Of a stretch of DNA of 64,000 nucleotides, positions 11,955-24,150 are shown one piece after another. Where the stretch lies: NCBI RefSeq assembly GCF_963921235.1, contig NC_086107.1:112222001-112286000 (forward strand), read 5' to 3'. The notes beneath the pieces are model-generated. The model was not told where the DNA came from. It did not search any database and saw only the letters and a list, made by a program, of their open reading frames with translations. The stretch comes from Mobula hypostoma (lineage: Eukaryota). A program made the position numbers and the translations under genes. The stretch's first letter is position 1. Each line of letters opens with the position of its first letter.

Positions 11955-12427
11955 GTATACCTCCTGTACGTAATAAAGTGGCCACTGGGTGAATGTCAGT
12001 GGTCTTCTGCTGCTGTAGCCCATCCACTGCAAGGTCTGATGTGTTGTGCGTTCAAAGATGCTCTTCTGTACACCACTGTTGCACGGTGGCCTTCCTGTTA
12101 GCTTAAACTAGTCTGGCCATTCTCCTCTGACCTCTCCCATTAACAAGGCATTTTCACCCACAGAACTGCAGCTCACTGGATTGTTTTTGGGGTTTTTTTG
12201 TACCATTCTCTGTAAACTCTAGAAGCTGTTGTACATGAAAATCCCTGCAAATCAGCAGTTTCCAAGATACTCAAACCACCCCATCTGGCACCAACAGTCA
12301 TTCCACCATCAAAGTCACTTAGATCATATTTCTTCCCCATTCAGATATTTGTTCTGAACAACAACTGAACCTCTTGGCCATGTCTGCATGCTTTTATGCA
12401 TTGTGTTGCTGCCACATGATTAGCTGA
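11955..12427 (-). mobile_element. Non-autonomous Tc1-derived element
   Basis: TIR taataaagtggccactg and degraded transposase N-terminus (WMGYSSRRP); same family as 24980-25554. Confidence 0.8.
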
Positions 12428-12526
12428 CAGAAAAATCCCTTCTTCTCACCAACTACCCCAGTGAATCTCTCTTGAAATACCTTGAAGGACTTTACAGCTT
12501 ATTCCTGCTAATTTTATTCATTCTTA

Positions 12527-13426
12527 TGCAACGCGCTGTATGGTTTCACTGCTAATGTAGTGGGCTCTCTGTAATCTTTCTTTAGGCATCCGTTAGTCTT
12601 GCGAGACCATGGACCTGCGCCTGGAAAGTCTTCACTCTCCAGGGCGCAGGCCTAGGTATGGTTGTATGGAAGACCAGCAGTTGCCCATGCTGCAAGTCTC
12701 CCCTCTCCACAACACCAATGTTGTCCAAGGGAAGGGCATTAGGACCCATACAGCTTGGCACCAGTGTCATCGTAGAGCAATGTGTGATTAAGTACCTTGC
12801 TCAAGGACACAGCACGTTGCCTCGGCCAAGGCTCAAACTCACGACTTTCAGGTTGCTAGTCCAATGCCTTAACCACTTGGCCACGTAATATTTCACTGCT
12901 AAGGTAATGGTTTCTCTGTCGCAGCAATGTTTGAGTTATGACTGGAGATAACAGGGTTGGAATGTGCACTATCCAATGAGAGGCATGTTGTTCTTTCTTG
13001 CGGGTCTGGGAGCAGGGATTTCGCGGGCTTTTGTCAGCGAGAGATGAAGAGAGAAGACGCGAGTGGAGAGAGTTGGTAGACTGGCGGACAGAGTGGACTC
13101 GGAGCGAGGGTCCGACAGTCAGTGACACTCGGAGGTGGTCGATGGGGAACAAATGGACGAATCCGCGAGCTCCAACGTGCACGTTAGACTGTTTCATTAA
13201 AACAGGCCCATTTCCTTTTTATTTTCTTTACTAACTCTATAGTCAGATTAAGATTTATAAAGTTCAATTGTTTAATTGCATAAATACTGTCTGATATTTT
13301 ACGGTTCGGATTTGTAACCGGGCAACACATCACGCAGCGTCCACAGAAACGAGATTTCTCATTTTGGCCGGGCCAGAGGCTGCCCCACCCTGGACACACA
13401 CGTGTTAGCTGAACCTGAGGATTACA
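12527..13426 (+). mobile_element. Solo LTR (Gypsy-like) containing a SINE insertion
   Basis: TG...CA termini (tgcaac...attaca) with perfect 4-bp TSD ctta at 12523-12526 and 13427-13430; CpG-rich, non-coding; strand tentative. Confidence 0.75.
12576..12886 (-). mobile_element. tRNA/CORE-like SINE nested in the solo LTR
   Basis: Reverse copy of 7032-7335; flanked by gtaat at 12571-12575 and 12885-12889. Confidence 0.85.
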
Positions 13427-13879
13427 CTTAAGATGTGGGTGTTACCAGCGTTGTGGACGTTTATTGCCCTCACAAACCCCCCCCCGCCACCCATTTGCCC
13501 CTGAGATGGTGACGCTCTGGCCTTCCTGAACTATTCTCCCCACAGTGCCCTTGGGGAGGGAGCCCCAGGGTTCAGACCCAGCATCAACAAGAGACTGCCG
13601 TGGTTCAAGAAAGGATAAATATTTATAGAATCGGCTCAAAGTTCTGATGCAGAAAAGGCTATTCGGCCCATCCTGTCTGTAGTGGTCAGACAAAGTAAGG
13701 TATTGGCAGCCCTGTTCAAATCCACGCCCAAATATTTTTGAAGGGTTTCTGCCCTTCAGTCAAGAACCCATCCCACGAGCAACATCACTGCCATGGATTA
13801 ACTGATTGCTATCACGTTGCTTTTTGTGGGATCTTGCTGCACATGGCTTGGTGGACATGTTTCCAACATCACAAGATTA

Positions 13880-14228
13880 CGAGGGTTATACACAGGGTGA
13901 ATGCAAGCAGGCTTTCTTTTCCCCCACTGAGCTTGGGTGAGACTACAACGAGAGGCCACGGGTTAAGGGTGAGGGGTGAAATGTTTAAGGGGAATATGAG
14001 GGGGAGCAACTTCTCTCACAGGGTGGTGAGAGTGCGGAACGAGCTGCCAGCGCGAGTGGTGGATGCAAGTTCAATTTCAACATTTCAGAGCAGTTTGGAT
14101 AGGTGCATTGATGGGAGGGGTATGGGGAGCTGTGGTCCTGGTGCAGGTTGATGGAAGCAGGCAGAATAATAGTTCGGCACAGACTAGATGGGCCGATGGG
14201 CCTATCTCTGTGCTGTAGTGTTCCATAA
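13880..14228 (+). mobile_element. CR1 LINE 3' fragment
   Basis: TTTRGHGLRVRGEMFKGNMRG..FSHRVVRV.NELP and CR1 tail. Confidence 0.85.
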
Positions 14229-14489
14229 CAGGATATACCTCACTGTGGGTAAGGGGGGGTTTGCCGTTCCTGATGGTTCGGGAGGGATAGAGAGAGGGTT
14301 GGGGTGGGGGGGAGGCGTGATAGCAAGTCCATCTTTTATTTCATCCTCTCCATCTCAGTGCACTCTGTTCCGTTTGTTGAAATGGTCGAGGATCTGTGCG
14401 AGGAGGGTTCAGCATCACCACCCGCCCCTGCCCCCGGTGGCTCAGGTGCCTGCGTGGGGGGTGGGGGGGGGAGAGAGAGAGAGAGAGAG

Positions 14490-14760
14490 CATTTGTTCCC
14501 GGTCCGGCAGTCAGTGAAGTGACAGCGATCGATTGTGACAGGCGGCAGCTGTTGGCTGTTCACTCACGAGGCATCGTCGTCAGCCAGCAGGGGAGAGAGA
14601 ACAGCTCCCTCTCCATCTGTTGACCCTCCGTCGTAACACGCACTTCCCAGCCCTGCTCGCTCGCAATCTGCCGGAGCCCTGGTTAAACCTCACCCTCGGA
14701 AGGAACTCTTCCAAGAAGAACCCCACTGCGAACCGTGGGGAGCTAACTCATACTTCCCCG
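14490..14760 (-). promoter_or_regulatory. CpG-rich island; possible promoter and first exon of a minus-strand host gene
   Basis: Non-repeat and CpG-dense; minus-strand donor CTC|GTGAGT at 14568/14567; ATG at 14616 gives MERELFSLPCWLTTMP before the donor. Confidence 0.4.
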
Positions 14761-14761
14761 C

Positions 14762-15355
14762 AAGCTAAAAGGGTGGTTAAGAAGGTGTGTGGTGTGCTGG
14801 TCAAGGGACTGAGTTCGAGAACCGCGCAGCTCTATAAAACTCTGCTTGGACCACGCTCGGAGTATCGTGTTTAGTTCTGGTCACCTCATTTTCGGCAAGA
14901 CGTGGAAGCTTTAGAGAGGGTGCAGAGGAGGTTTACCAGGATGCTGCCTGGATTAGAGAGCGTGTCTTATGAGGAGAGGTTGAGTGAGCTAGACCTTTTC
15001 TCTTTGGAGCGAAGTAGGGTGAGAGGTGACTTGATAGAAGTGTATAAGATAAGAGACCTTTTTTCCCCAGGGCAGAAACGGCTAACACAAGAGGGCTTAA
15101 TTTGAAGGTGATTATATGAAAGAATAGAGTGGATGTCAGAAGTAGATTTTTTACCCAGGTTAGTGGATATGTGGAACACCCTGCCAGGGTGGTGGAGAGG
15201 CAGATACATTGGGGATATTTAAGAGACTCTTAGATATGCACATGGATGATAGAAAGATGGAGGGAGAGAAGGGTTAGATTGATCTTGGAGTAGATTAATA
15301 GGTCAGCACAACACTGTGTGTTGAAGGGCCTGTACAGCATTTGCTGTTCTAATAT
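14762..15355 (+). mobile_element. Degraded CR1 LINE 3' fragment
   Basis: EALERVQRRFTRMLPGLESVSYEERL...RGDLIEVYKI. Confidence 0.9.
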
Positions 15356-15574
15356 AGGAGGCCACTTGGCCTTTCAAATCCATCCTAGTTCTCAGCACAT
15401 TCCCTCTAATCCCATTCCTCTACCTGTTTCCCTGTGACGACTTCCCCCATATCAGCTCCCCCCCCCCAAGTTCTCCCACCTCCCACCTGCAGTAAAGGCA
15501 ATGCCCATTAACCTAACGATGCGCATACGTTTGGTATGTGGGAATAAACCAGGCAGCCAACCATCTTAATTCCT

Positions 15575-16567
15575 AACCCCATTCCAATATGCCGGTCCAT
15601 GGCCTCATCTTCTGCTTTGATGAGGCCACCCTCAGGGTGGAGGAGCAACACCTCATATTCTGTCTGGGCAGCCTCCAGCCTGATGACATGAATGTTGTTT
15701 TCTTCTTATGGTAATTCATTTTCCCCATACACTTTCCCTCTTCTGTTTCCCACTCTGGCCTCTCACCTCTTCCATTCACCTGCCTATCACCCTCCCCTGG
15801 TGCCCCTCCTAAGGTTCCCTCTCCTCTCCTATCAGATTCCTTCGTATCCAGTCTTTTACCTTTCCCCTCCCACCTGGCTTCACCTATCACCTTCTAGCAT
15901 GTCCTCCTTCCCTTCCCCTCACCTTTTTATCCTGACATCTTCCCCCTTCCTTTTCAGGTTTAGATTTAGATTCAACTTTATTGTCATTGTGCCGAGTACA
16001 GATACAAAGCCAATGAAATGCATTTAGCATCCGACCAGAAATGCGAAGAATGGTGTTATTTACAAAATAACTGCAAATAAAAAAGTGCTACAGCACACAA
16101 ATATAAAAGTACTGAGACAGTACAATATGGGTGCAATACTGCTTTGCGCTGTGATGTGAGGTTCAGCAGGGTCACAGCCTCAGGGAAGAAGCTCTTCCTG
16201 TACCTGCTGGTGCGGGAGCGGAGGCTCCTGTAGTGTCTACCGGATGGGAGGAGAGTAAAAAGTCCATGGTTAGGGTGAGATGCATCCTTGATAATGCTTT
16301 TCGCCCTGCCCAGGCAGCGTTTATGGTAGATGTTCTCAATGGTGGGCAATTGGGTGCCGATAATCCGCTGGGCAGTTTTCACCACACGCTGGAGTGCTTT
16401 GCAGTCCGATACGGGACAATTGCCACACCACACTGAGGTGCAGTTGGTGAGTTTGCTCTCAATGGTACAGCGGTAAAAGTCTCAGCTGGAAAGGTTGACT
16501 GTTTATTCATTTTCATAGATGCTGCCTGACCTGCAGAGTTCCTTCAGGATTTTGTGTGTGTTGCTCA
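15575..16567 (+). mobile_element. Penelope-like 3' fragment (GIY-YIG end plus pLTR) split by a Rex/Babar LINE
   Basis: VHGLIFCFDEATLRVEEQHLIFCLGSLQPD; pyrimidine-rich UTR; pLTR resumes at about 16481. Confidence 0.8.
15958..16480 (-). mobile_element. Rex1/Babar-type LINE 3' fragment
   Basis: WCGNC..DCKALQRVVKTAQRIIG...IIKDASHPNHGLFTLLPSGR; aatcta-type tail. Confidence 0.9.
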
Positions 16568-17277
16568 AGAAACTAGCGCACTCGGGGGACACCCAAGTGG
16601 TTACAGGAAGAACAAACAGACTCCATGCTGATTACTGGACCAGGATCTAGAGACACAAGATTACATTCCACCAAAGCAACCTGGAATTTAACTCCAGCTA
16701 ATCAACTAAATCTAGTCTTGGTGATGACAACCAAGGACTCAAAAGGATTTTGGTAAGAACGTATCTGATCACTGATGTCCTTATTTGGTATCTCAAAACC
16801 CACTGCAGTGCGTGAGTGGTTGACTTTTAGCTGCCTTTAGGGATGGCCATGTTGAAAGGTGCTGGGGATGAGAATGGAGGGAGCGGAGCAGAGATGGAAA
16901 ATGTAAATAAATATTTATTTACGGAGATAGAGCGCTAAATAGTATCTTCCAGCCTTTCAAGCCGTGCTACCCAGCAATCGTTCATTTTGACCCCAGCCTA
17001 ATCACAATAATCACAGGGCAATTTACAATGACAATTAAGCTACTAACCGGTATGTGTTTGGAATGTGGGAGGAAACTGGAGCAACCGAAGGACGTCCACA
17101 CGGCCACAGGGAGAGCGTACAAACTCATTGAATCCTTTGGACTTCCTTGGAAGTATCTCCACCTTCTTCCCAACTCTTACCAGTTCCCCTAGGTTCTTTC
17201 TCCTCCTGCTCACCTGTCATATCTCCACTTTCTCATCATACTTGTGTTTCTTCTTCTGTAGTCTCCCCCCCCCCCCT

Positions 17278-17475
17278 GGTTCTATCTACCCATCACCCCT
17301 TCCTTTAGCCCCTCCCCTGTGGTTCTATCTACCCATCACCCCTTCCTCTAGCCCCTCCCCTGTGGTTCTATCTGTCCATCACTCCTTCCTTTAGTCCCTC
17401 CCCCATCTGGTCCTTTAGTCCCTCCCCCATCTGGTTCTATCTATCCATCACCCATTCTTTTAGCCCCCCCCTTCC
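17278..17475. repeat. Minisatellite, about 40-bp unit, 4-5 imperfect copies
   Basis: Repeated ggttctatctacccatcaccccttcctttagcccctcccctgt. Confidence 0.85.
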
Positions 17476-17577
17476 CCATTAAAATGATAATTTTTTACTG
17501 CCAAGCAGACCAAACAGGCAGATCTTCTGGAATATTGGATTTTACTCCTATTAATTCAGAATTCACGTTTTGATTGG

Positions 17578-17940
17578 AACTTTGGAAGAACTCGGCAGAT
17601 CAGGCAGCATATATAGGAAAGTCAACATTTCGGGCCAAGACCCTTCTTCAAGACTGACGAGGAAGGGGGAAGATGTCAGAATAAAAGGGTGGGAGGAGGG
17701 GAAGGAGGCTGGCTGGAAGGTGATAGGTGAAACATGTGGGTGGGAAAGGTCAAAGGCTGGAGAAGAAGGAATCTGATAGAAGGGGAGAGTGGACCATAGG
17801 AGAAAGGGAAGGAGGAACAGACCCAGAGATAAACAATATATAAGTGTGAAGAAGTAAAAGGTCAGAGGAAGGGAGGAGGTCGAATTTGTTTGCCAGAAAG
17901 AAATCGATGTTCATGCCATCAGTTTGGAAGGTACCCAGAA
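17578..17940 (-). mobile_element. Penelope-like pLTR/3' fragment
   Basis: ggaagaactcggcagatcaggcagcat...tttcgggccaagacccttcttcaagactg plus purine-rich tract. Confidence 0.8.
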
Positions 17941-17964
17941 TAAATTTGCCAGAGCTTCACACTA

Positions 17965-17983
17965 TGACCACTAGAGGGTGCAG
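17965..17983 (+). promoter_or_regulatory. CTCF-like motif
   Basis: TGACCACTAGAGGGTGCAG closely matches the CTCF core consensus, in non-repeat sequence. Confidence 0.5.
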
Positions 17984-18394
17984 TGCTCCACAGATGGAGT
18001 TGAAATTAAGTCCAACTCCGTACGTAGTAATTGCACCTCAGCCTTAGGCCATTCAGTCCAACTGCTCTCTGCTGGTCAACTCCCACTCAAGCCTCCCCAC
18101 AGCGGTCCAGCCTTCTGCTCATGAACTATATTCAATAAATCAATTCTGTGAAACGTGTTAATTATAGGACAGAAGTTAAAGATTTCACTGTAGAGAAATC
18201 CAACAGCAGGGGTCACCAGCGTGAGAGAATCACTAATAAATCCAGATGGGCATTCGGAAGAAAATCCTTTATCTAGAGATGGAATCCGGAAGGTGACCCC
18301 ACAGATGGGCATGAAAGGTGTTTTTGATGTCCACTACCTTGCTGTTTTCCCTCTCTTTTATATTTTTATATATATATATAATCTTCTTGTTTAG

Positions 18395-18770
18395 GATGAT
18401 GGTGAATATTGGTAGCTCTTGTTGAGGCGTTTGATGTTGTGGTGTTCACCGACCTTAACAATTAGCTTTCAGACATCTCATCACCAGTCAAGGTGACATC
18501 CTCAGAGCGCAGTTGTTGGTGTTTCTCTCTTGGAGTGCTCGCATTTATATAGCACCCGTCTCCTCCCCATTTGTTTACCTCAGTCCTGATTAGCTAACCC
18601 TTCAGTTGACACTTGAATTCTATTGATTTGTGTTTCTTTGGTTCTTAGGGGTTGGTAGATGGCGTCTATTTCAATATGTTTGTTTACGGAGTTATCAGAA
18701 GTGAGCCACGCTTCTAAAAGTTCTCGCGCCTCCCTCGTGTTTGTCTGCATGATGTCCCACTGAAAGTGTT
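18395..18770 (-). mobile_element. Second Penelope-like family, GIY-YIG C-terminus plus pLTR
   Basis: Minus-strand translation TNTREARELLEAWLTSDNSVNKHIEIDAIYQPLR; degenerate hammerhead ctgagga-tgtcacc-ttgact-ggtgat-gaga-tgtc at about 18465-18510. Confidence 0.7.
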
Positions 18771-20611
18771 AAAATATCTCTTGATGAAATTTACAGTATA
18801 TTTTATGCCTTGCCACAAAACAACAAATTCCACATCATATGTCAGTGATAATAGACCTGATTTTCATTCTGATTCAGGCTATTAGAAGCTGTAACCACCG
18901 AGGAAATAAAAGAAAATACTGCAGATGCTGAAAATCTGAAATAAAAAGAATTGAGAATACTGGCAACACTCAATCAGGGTGGGTGAGGTGAGGTGATAAA
19001 CCAGGGGGACGGTGTGCTTTGAGGGCAGAGATGGTTGGATAATGCTCAAGGATTGGGGATAAGGCAGTAGGGAGAGCCCGGATAAGTGGGAAGGAATAAA
19101 AATGAGGGTGGAATGGGGAAAAGTCCAGGGACTGGTTTCCAGGCTGAATGTTACCTACCCAAATAGTCACAGGGTGACCATACAATCTCCTTACAGACAA
19201 CAGTGGGAATTAAACCCGGGTCGCTGGCAGTGTGGTAGTGTTACACTAACCACTGCACTACCGTGCTCACCAAAAGTTCATTTCAAAGTTCAAAGTACAT
19301 TTATTATCAAAGTTTGTATACATTGTACAACTTTGAGATTCGTCTTCTTACAGGCAGCCACGAAACGAAGAAATCTCAAAAGAGTCCATTTTTAAAAAGA
19401 TCGTCGAACACCCAATGTGCAGAGAGCAATTAAAAACCATGCAAGCAATAAAAGTAAGCAAATAACATTTTTAGATAACTTTTTTAGAGAGCCAGCATGG
19501 TAGCAGACCCTTCCAGCCCAACAAACCCAGGGCGCGCCAATTACGCCCCTGTGACCAATTCACCTACTCACCCCTATGTCTTCGGAATGTGTGAGGAAAC
19601 TGGAGCACCCAGAGGAAATCCAGAGATCCCACTATCCCTACATATAAAACCATAAGACATAGGAGCAGAATTAGGCCATTCAGCCCTAGTCCACTCCGCC
19701 ATTTCATCACGGCTGATCCTGAATCTTCATTCAACCCCATACACCTGCCCGCTCACCATATCCTTCGATGCTCCGACCAATCAGGAGTCTTATCGACTTT
19801 CCACTTTAAATATACCCACGGACTTGGCCTCCACCGCAGTTTACAAAAGGTTCAAGAAACCAACCCTACCCCTTGCCCCCATCCCGTATCCTTCACCTCC
19901 TCCATCCCATCCGCTATCTCCTAGATTGTTGCCAACTAGGCCAGAACATCCTCCTGGAGTTCTCATTACATGGTTGGTCTCCATGCTTCCTGGCTCCTTC
20001 CACTGGACTCCTGACACCTCAATTAATGGGCGGTATGGTAGCGTACCGGTTAGCGCAACACTTGACAGCGCCAGCTGTTAGATCGGGGTTTGATTCCTGC
20101 CACTGTCCATAAGGAGTTTGTACGTTCTCCCAGTGGCCGCATGGGTTTCCTCCTGGTGCTCCAGCTTCCTCCCACAGTCCAAAAACGTATGGGTTAGGGT
20201 TAATGAGTTGTGGACACCGGAACACTTGCAGGCTGCCGGGCACCAACCTCGCTGGTTTGATTTGACACAACTAATGCATTTAACTTTTGATGTATATGGG
20301 ACAAATAAAGCTAAACTTTCCCCATCCTGGTATCTTGCTTCCCACAGCCAATCAGAAGGAAGGTAGATTCTCTCTACCCAATCAGTTGATAGTTGAATGT
20401 CTGTCAGGTACCCCTTTCCTCTCTTTCTGTAACTAATTTAACTAATAAGCAAAAAAACTTTCAAAGAAAATTATAGTTTTAGTGCTTTTGATCTCCTCAG
20501 ATAGGACCATCCCTGCAGGAATGGAAAGGATGGGAAGTGGTTAAATACTCTGGAAGGGATTGCTGAGGGGGATCTTCAGTATGCAAAGAGAAGTTCCATG
20601 TCCAACCTTGT

Positions 20612-21083
20612 CCAGAGGAGATCTGCAAGAGTGATCTCAGAAATGAAAGGGTTAACACATGAGGAACATTTGACGGCTCTGGGCCTGTACTTGCTGGAGT
20701 TTAGAAGAGAATCTCACTGAAACTTAGTGGAAAAGGCCTAGACAGAGTGGATGTGGAGAGGATGTTTCTGAAAGTGGCAGAGTCTAGGAGCAGGGGGCAC
20801 AGCCTCAGAATAGAAGAGTATCCATTCAGAACAGAGATGAGGCGGAATTTCTTTAGCCAGAATCTGTGGGGTTTCATTGCCAAAGACGGCAGTGCAGGCC
20901 AAGTTATTGGGTATACTTAAAGCAGTGGGTGACAGGTTCTCGATTAGTAAAGGTGTCAAAAGTCACAGAGAGAAGATAGGAGAATGGGGTTGAGATGGAA
21001 GATAAATCAGCCATGATGGAATGGTGGAGCAGACTCAATGGGCCGAATGGACCAGTTCTGCTCCTGTGGCTTACCGTCTCATG
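20612..21083 (+). mobile_element. Degraded CR1 LINE 3' fragment
   Basis: ALGLYLLEFRR...SRSRGHSLRIEEYPFRTEMRRNFFSQ and CR1 tail. Confidence 0.85.
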
Positions 21084-22164
21084 GCTTGCACAAGAGAGAA
21101 GGGACAATACGGCAAGTTTGGATAATCTGAACTGGAAAATTTCTTTGAATATTTAGGCCCCTTCACACAGGAAAAGGGGAGCAGGAAAGTGATGAAACAT
21201 TATAAAAGGGTTCGGTTAGGGGAGCTTCAATATAAGATCAATAATTAATGAAGTGAGAGGGTCTGCCTTACAACAGTGCAATGCTACAACACACTTCTAG
21301 AGAGAGGAGCTCTTGGGTAGGAGCCAGGGGATTTGGTGGCATAGATTTGGGATGTAGATGAGGAGAAACGGCCTGGGAGGCAGTAGAGGCTACACAATTA
21401 AATGTATTTCACACATTTTTGCATGGCTGGGAAATTAAGGGTTTTGGGGAAGGGCAGATTGGTGGAGCTGAGTCTACAGTCAGAACAGCCATGATCTTCT
21501 TGAATAGCGGAGCCGGCTCGACGGGCCAGATGGCCAACTCCTTCTCCTATTTCTTATCTTCTTATCTGAGGAGAAAATGGACGGTTCATAATTCACTTTA
21601 ACCCTAAACCTATTTCACTGAAATTACTGGGCTTGAGAGAGAAGTCATGAAAGTAACAGCCAGCGAGACCAGGCCTGATGAAAGCTGATGAAGGGTCTTC
21701 AATATGAGATATTGTCTCCTTCTGTCAGGTTGTTGAGATTTTCCAGCAGTTGGCTTTTATTTCAGATTTTGGGCATCTACATTTGAAAAACCTTCAACTG
21801 GAAGAGGACAACCACCAGCTTAAGCCTGCATTCTTTCCAGCATCGTGTTACCATGAGAGCTATTTACAAAATGCACTGCATTTTAACACCGGGAGAAACC
21901 CATGCATTTCACAGGGAGAATGTACAGAGACTCCTTACAAAAAGGCGGCGGAATTGAACTCTGAACTCCGGATGCCCTGAGCTGTCATAGCGTTGCTCCA
22001 ACCCCTACGCTCCCGCGATGCCCTGTAGGAATGTTTATTCCCATAGACCGCTCTAACCACACTCCCCATATCCGTGATCTCTGTCACTGAGGACAAGGAC
22101 AGCAGTCAGAGAAGAACGCCTCAGTCCACAGGCTTCCCTGCAAGTCTGACTTCAGACATAAAAC

Positions 22165-22622
22165 ACAGAATATAAAGCTGTACAGCATGGTACAGGCCCT
22201 TCGGCCCACAATATTGTGCTGACCTGTTAACCTACTCCAAGATCAATCTAGCCTTTCCATTCCACATATGTATTTATCTTTCTTCCTTACAGATGTCTAT
22301 CCAACAGTCACTTATAACCTCTAATGTATCTACCTCTACAGCCATTCTATGTGTTAAAAAACATCGCTCTGACATCCCCCCCATACTTTACTCCAATCTC
22401 CTTATAATTATGCTCCCTCTTATTAGCCATTTCTGCCCTTTGGAAAAAGGCTGACTGTCCACTCTTTCTATGCTTCTTATCGTCTTGTACACCTGCATCA
22501 AGTCACCTCTCATCCTTCTTTGCTCCAGAGAGGAAAACTTCAGCTGGCACAAAGTCTCCTCACAAGACATGCTCTCTAACCTGAGCTTCATCCCAGCGAA
22601 TCTCCTCTGCACCCTCACTAAC
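22165..22622 (-). mobile_element. Degraded CR1 LINE 3' fragment
   Basis: RVQRRFAGM...SLEQRRMRGDLMQVYK. Confidence 0.8.
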
Positions 22623-23092
22623 TCTCTAAAGTTTGCAAGTACATGGCCAGTCATTCATTGCTACTGGATCTAGCTCCTCAAAAGTTCAGGTGAAGGTTCT
22701 CAAACAAGATTGTCCATTCCCCTCCACAGATGCTGCCTGACCCCTTGAGTTCCTCCAGCATTTCCCTTTTGTTTCCCCAAGAGCTCAGCAGGAGTTCCTT
22801 CACCACACCGACTGTAGCAGTTCAGGAAGGCAACTCAAGTGCAATTGGAGATGGGGAATAAATTTTTCAAAGTTCAAAGTAAATTTACTATCAAAGTACA
22901 TATATGCCACCATATACAACCCTGAGATTTGTTTTTTTGCGAGCATACACAGTAAATCCACTAACCAGGGCAGAATCAATAGAAAGCCCAAAAGGGTGGA
23001 CAGACAACCAGTGTCCAAACACAAAAGAAATAATAATAAATAAGCAATAAATATTGATAACATGAGATGAAACGACCTTGAAAGTGAATCCA

Positions 23093-23655
23093 TAAGACGT
23101 AAGACATAGGAGCAGATATAGGCCATTCACCCCATCGAGTCTGCTCTGCCATTGCATCATGACTGATCCTGGATCCCATTTAACCCTGTACACCTGCCTT
23201 CTGGCCAGATCCCTTGATGACCTGACTGATCAGGAAACTATAACTTTCGCCTTAAATATACCCACGGACTTGGTGGCCTCCACTGCAGTCTGTGGCAGAG
23301 CATTCCACAGATTCACCACTTTCTTGCTAAAAAAAAATTCATCCTTACCTCTGTTCTATAAGGCCAACCCTCAATTTTGAGGCCGTGCTCTCTAGTCCTG
23401 GGTACTCCCACCAGAGGAAACATCCTCTGCACATCCAGCCTATCTAGTCCTTGGGACATTCGGTAGATTTCAATGAGATTCCATCACATTCTTTTAAATT
23501 CCAGTGAGTACAGGCCCAAAGCTGCTAAACGCTCCTCATATGTTAACCCCTTCATTCCTTGTGAACCCCCTCTGGACCCTCTTCAATGACAACACATCCT
23601 TTCTGAGATACGGGGCCCAAAACTGTTGACCATACTCCAAGTGCAGCCTGACTCG
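23093..23655 (-). mobile_element. CR1 LINE 3' fragment (left member of a head-to-head pair)
   Basis: Reverse LHLEYGQQFWAP...; tcttatg tail at 23091-23110. Confidence 0.85.
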
Positions 23656-23664
23656 GCCTGAGTC

Positions 23665-24150
23665 ACGAGAATGATTCCAGGAATGAAAGGGTTACTCACC
23701 ATATGAGGAACGTCTGGCCTGTCTTGGGCTGTATTCCCTGGAGTTCAGGAGAATGAGGGGAGATCTCATAGAAACCTTCTGAATGTTAAAAGGCCTGAAC
23801 AGATTAGATATGGCAAAGTTATTTCCCATGGTAGGGGGTTCTAGGACAAGAGGGCACGACTTCAAGATTGAAAGACGTTCTTTTAGAACTGAGATGCGGA
23901 GAAATTACTTTAGTCAGAGGGTGGTAAATCTGTGGAATTTGTTGCCATCAGCAGCTGTGGAGGCCAAGTCATTGGGTGTATTTAAGGCAGAGATAGCTAG
24001 GTTCTTGATTAGCCAGGGCATCGAAGGGTATGGGGTGAAAGCAGGGGAGTGGAGATGACTGGAAGAATTGGATCAGCCCATGACTGAATGGTGGAGCAGA
24101 CTTGATGGGCTGAATGGCCTACTTCTGCTCCTATATCTTATGGTCTTATG
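23665..24150 (+). mobile_element. CR1 LINE 3' fragment (right member of the pair)
   Basis: MLKGLNRLDMAKLFPMVGGSRTRGH...RNYFSQRVVNLWN; tail tcttatggtcttatgg. Confidence 0.9.

Noticed and set aside
14568..14616. Assignment of the candidate first exon to HMOX1 or NFE2L2
   Set aside because: Only superficial resemblance (MER...MP plus nearby ARE motifs); no downstream exons found
17278..17475. CRISPR-like array
   Set aside because: Contiguous tandem units without unique spacers, in eukaryotic DNA with no cas genes
18190..18320. Plus-strand exon RNPTAGVTSVRESLINPDGHSEENPLSRDGIRK
   Set aside because: Weak splice sites and no recognisable homology
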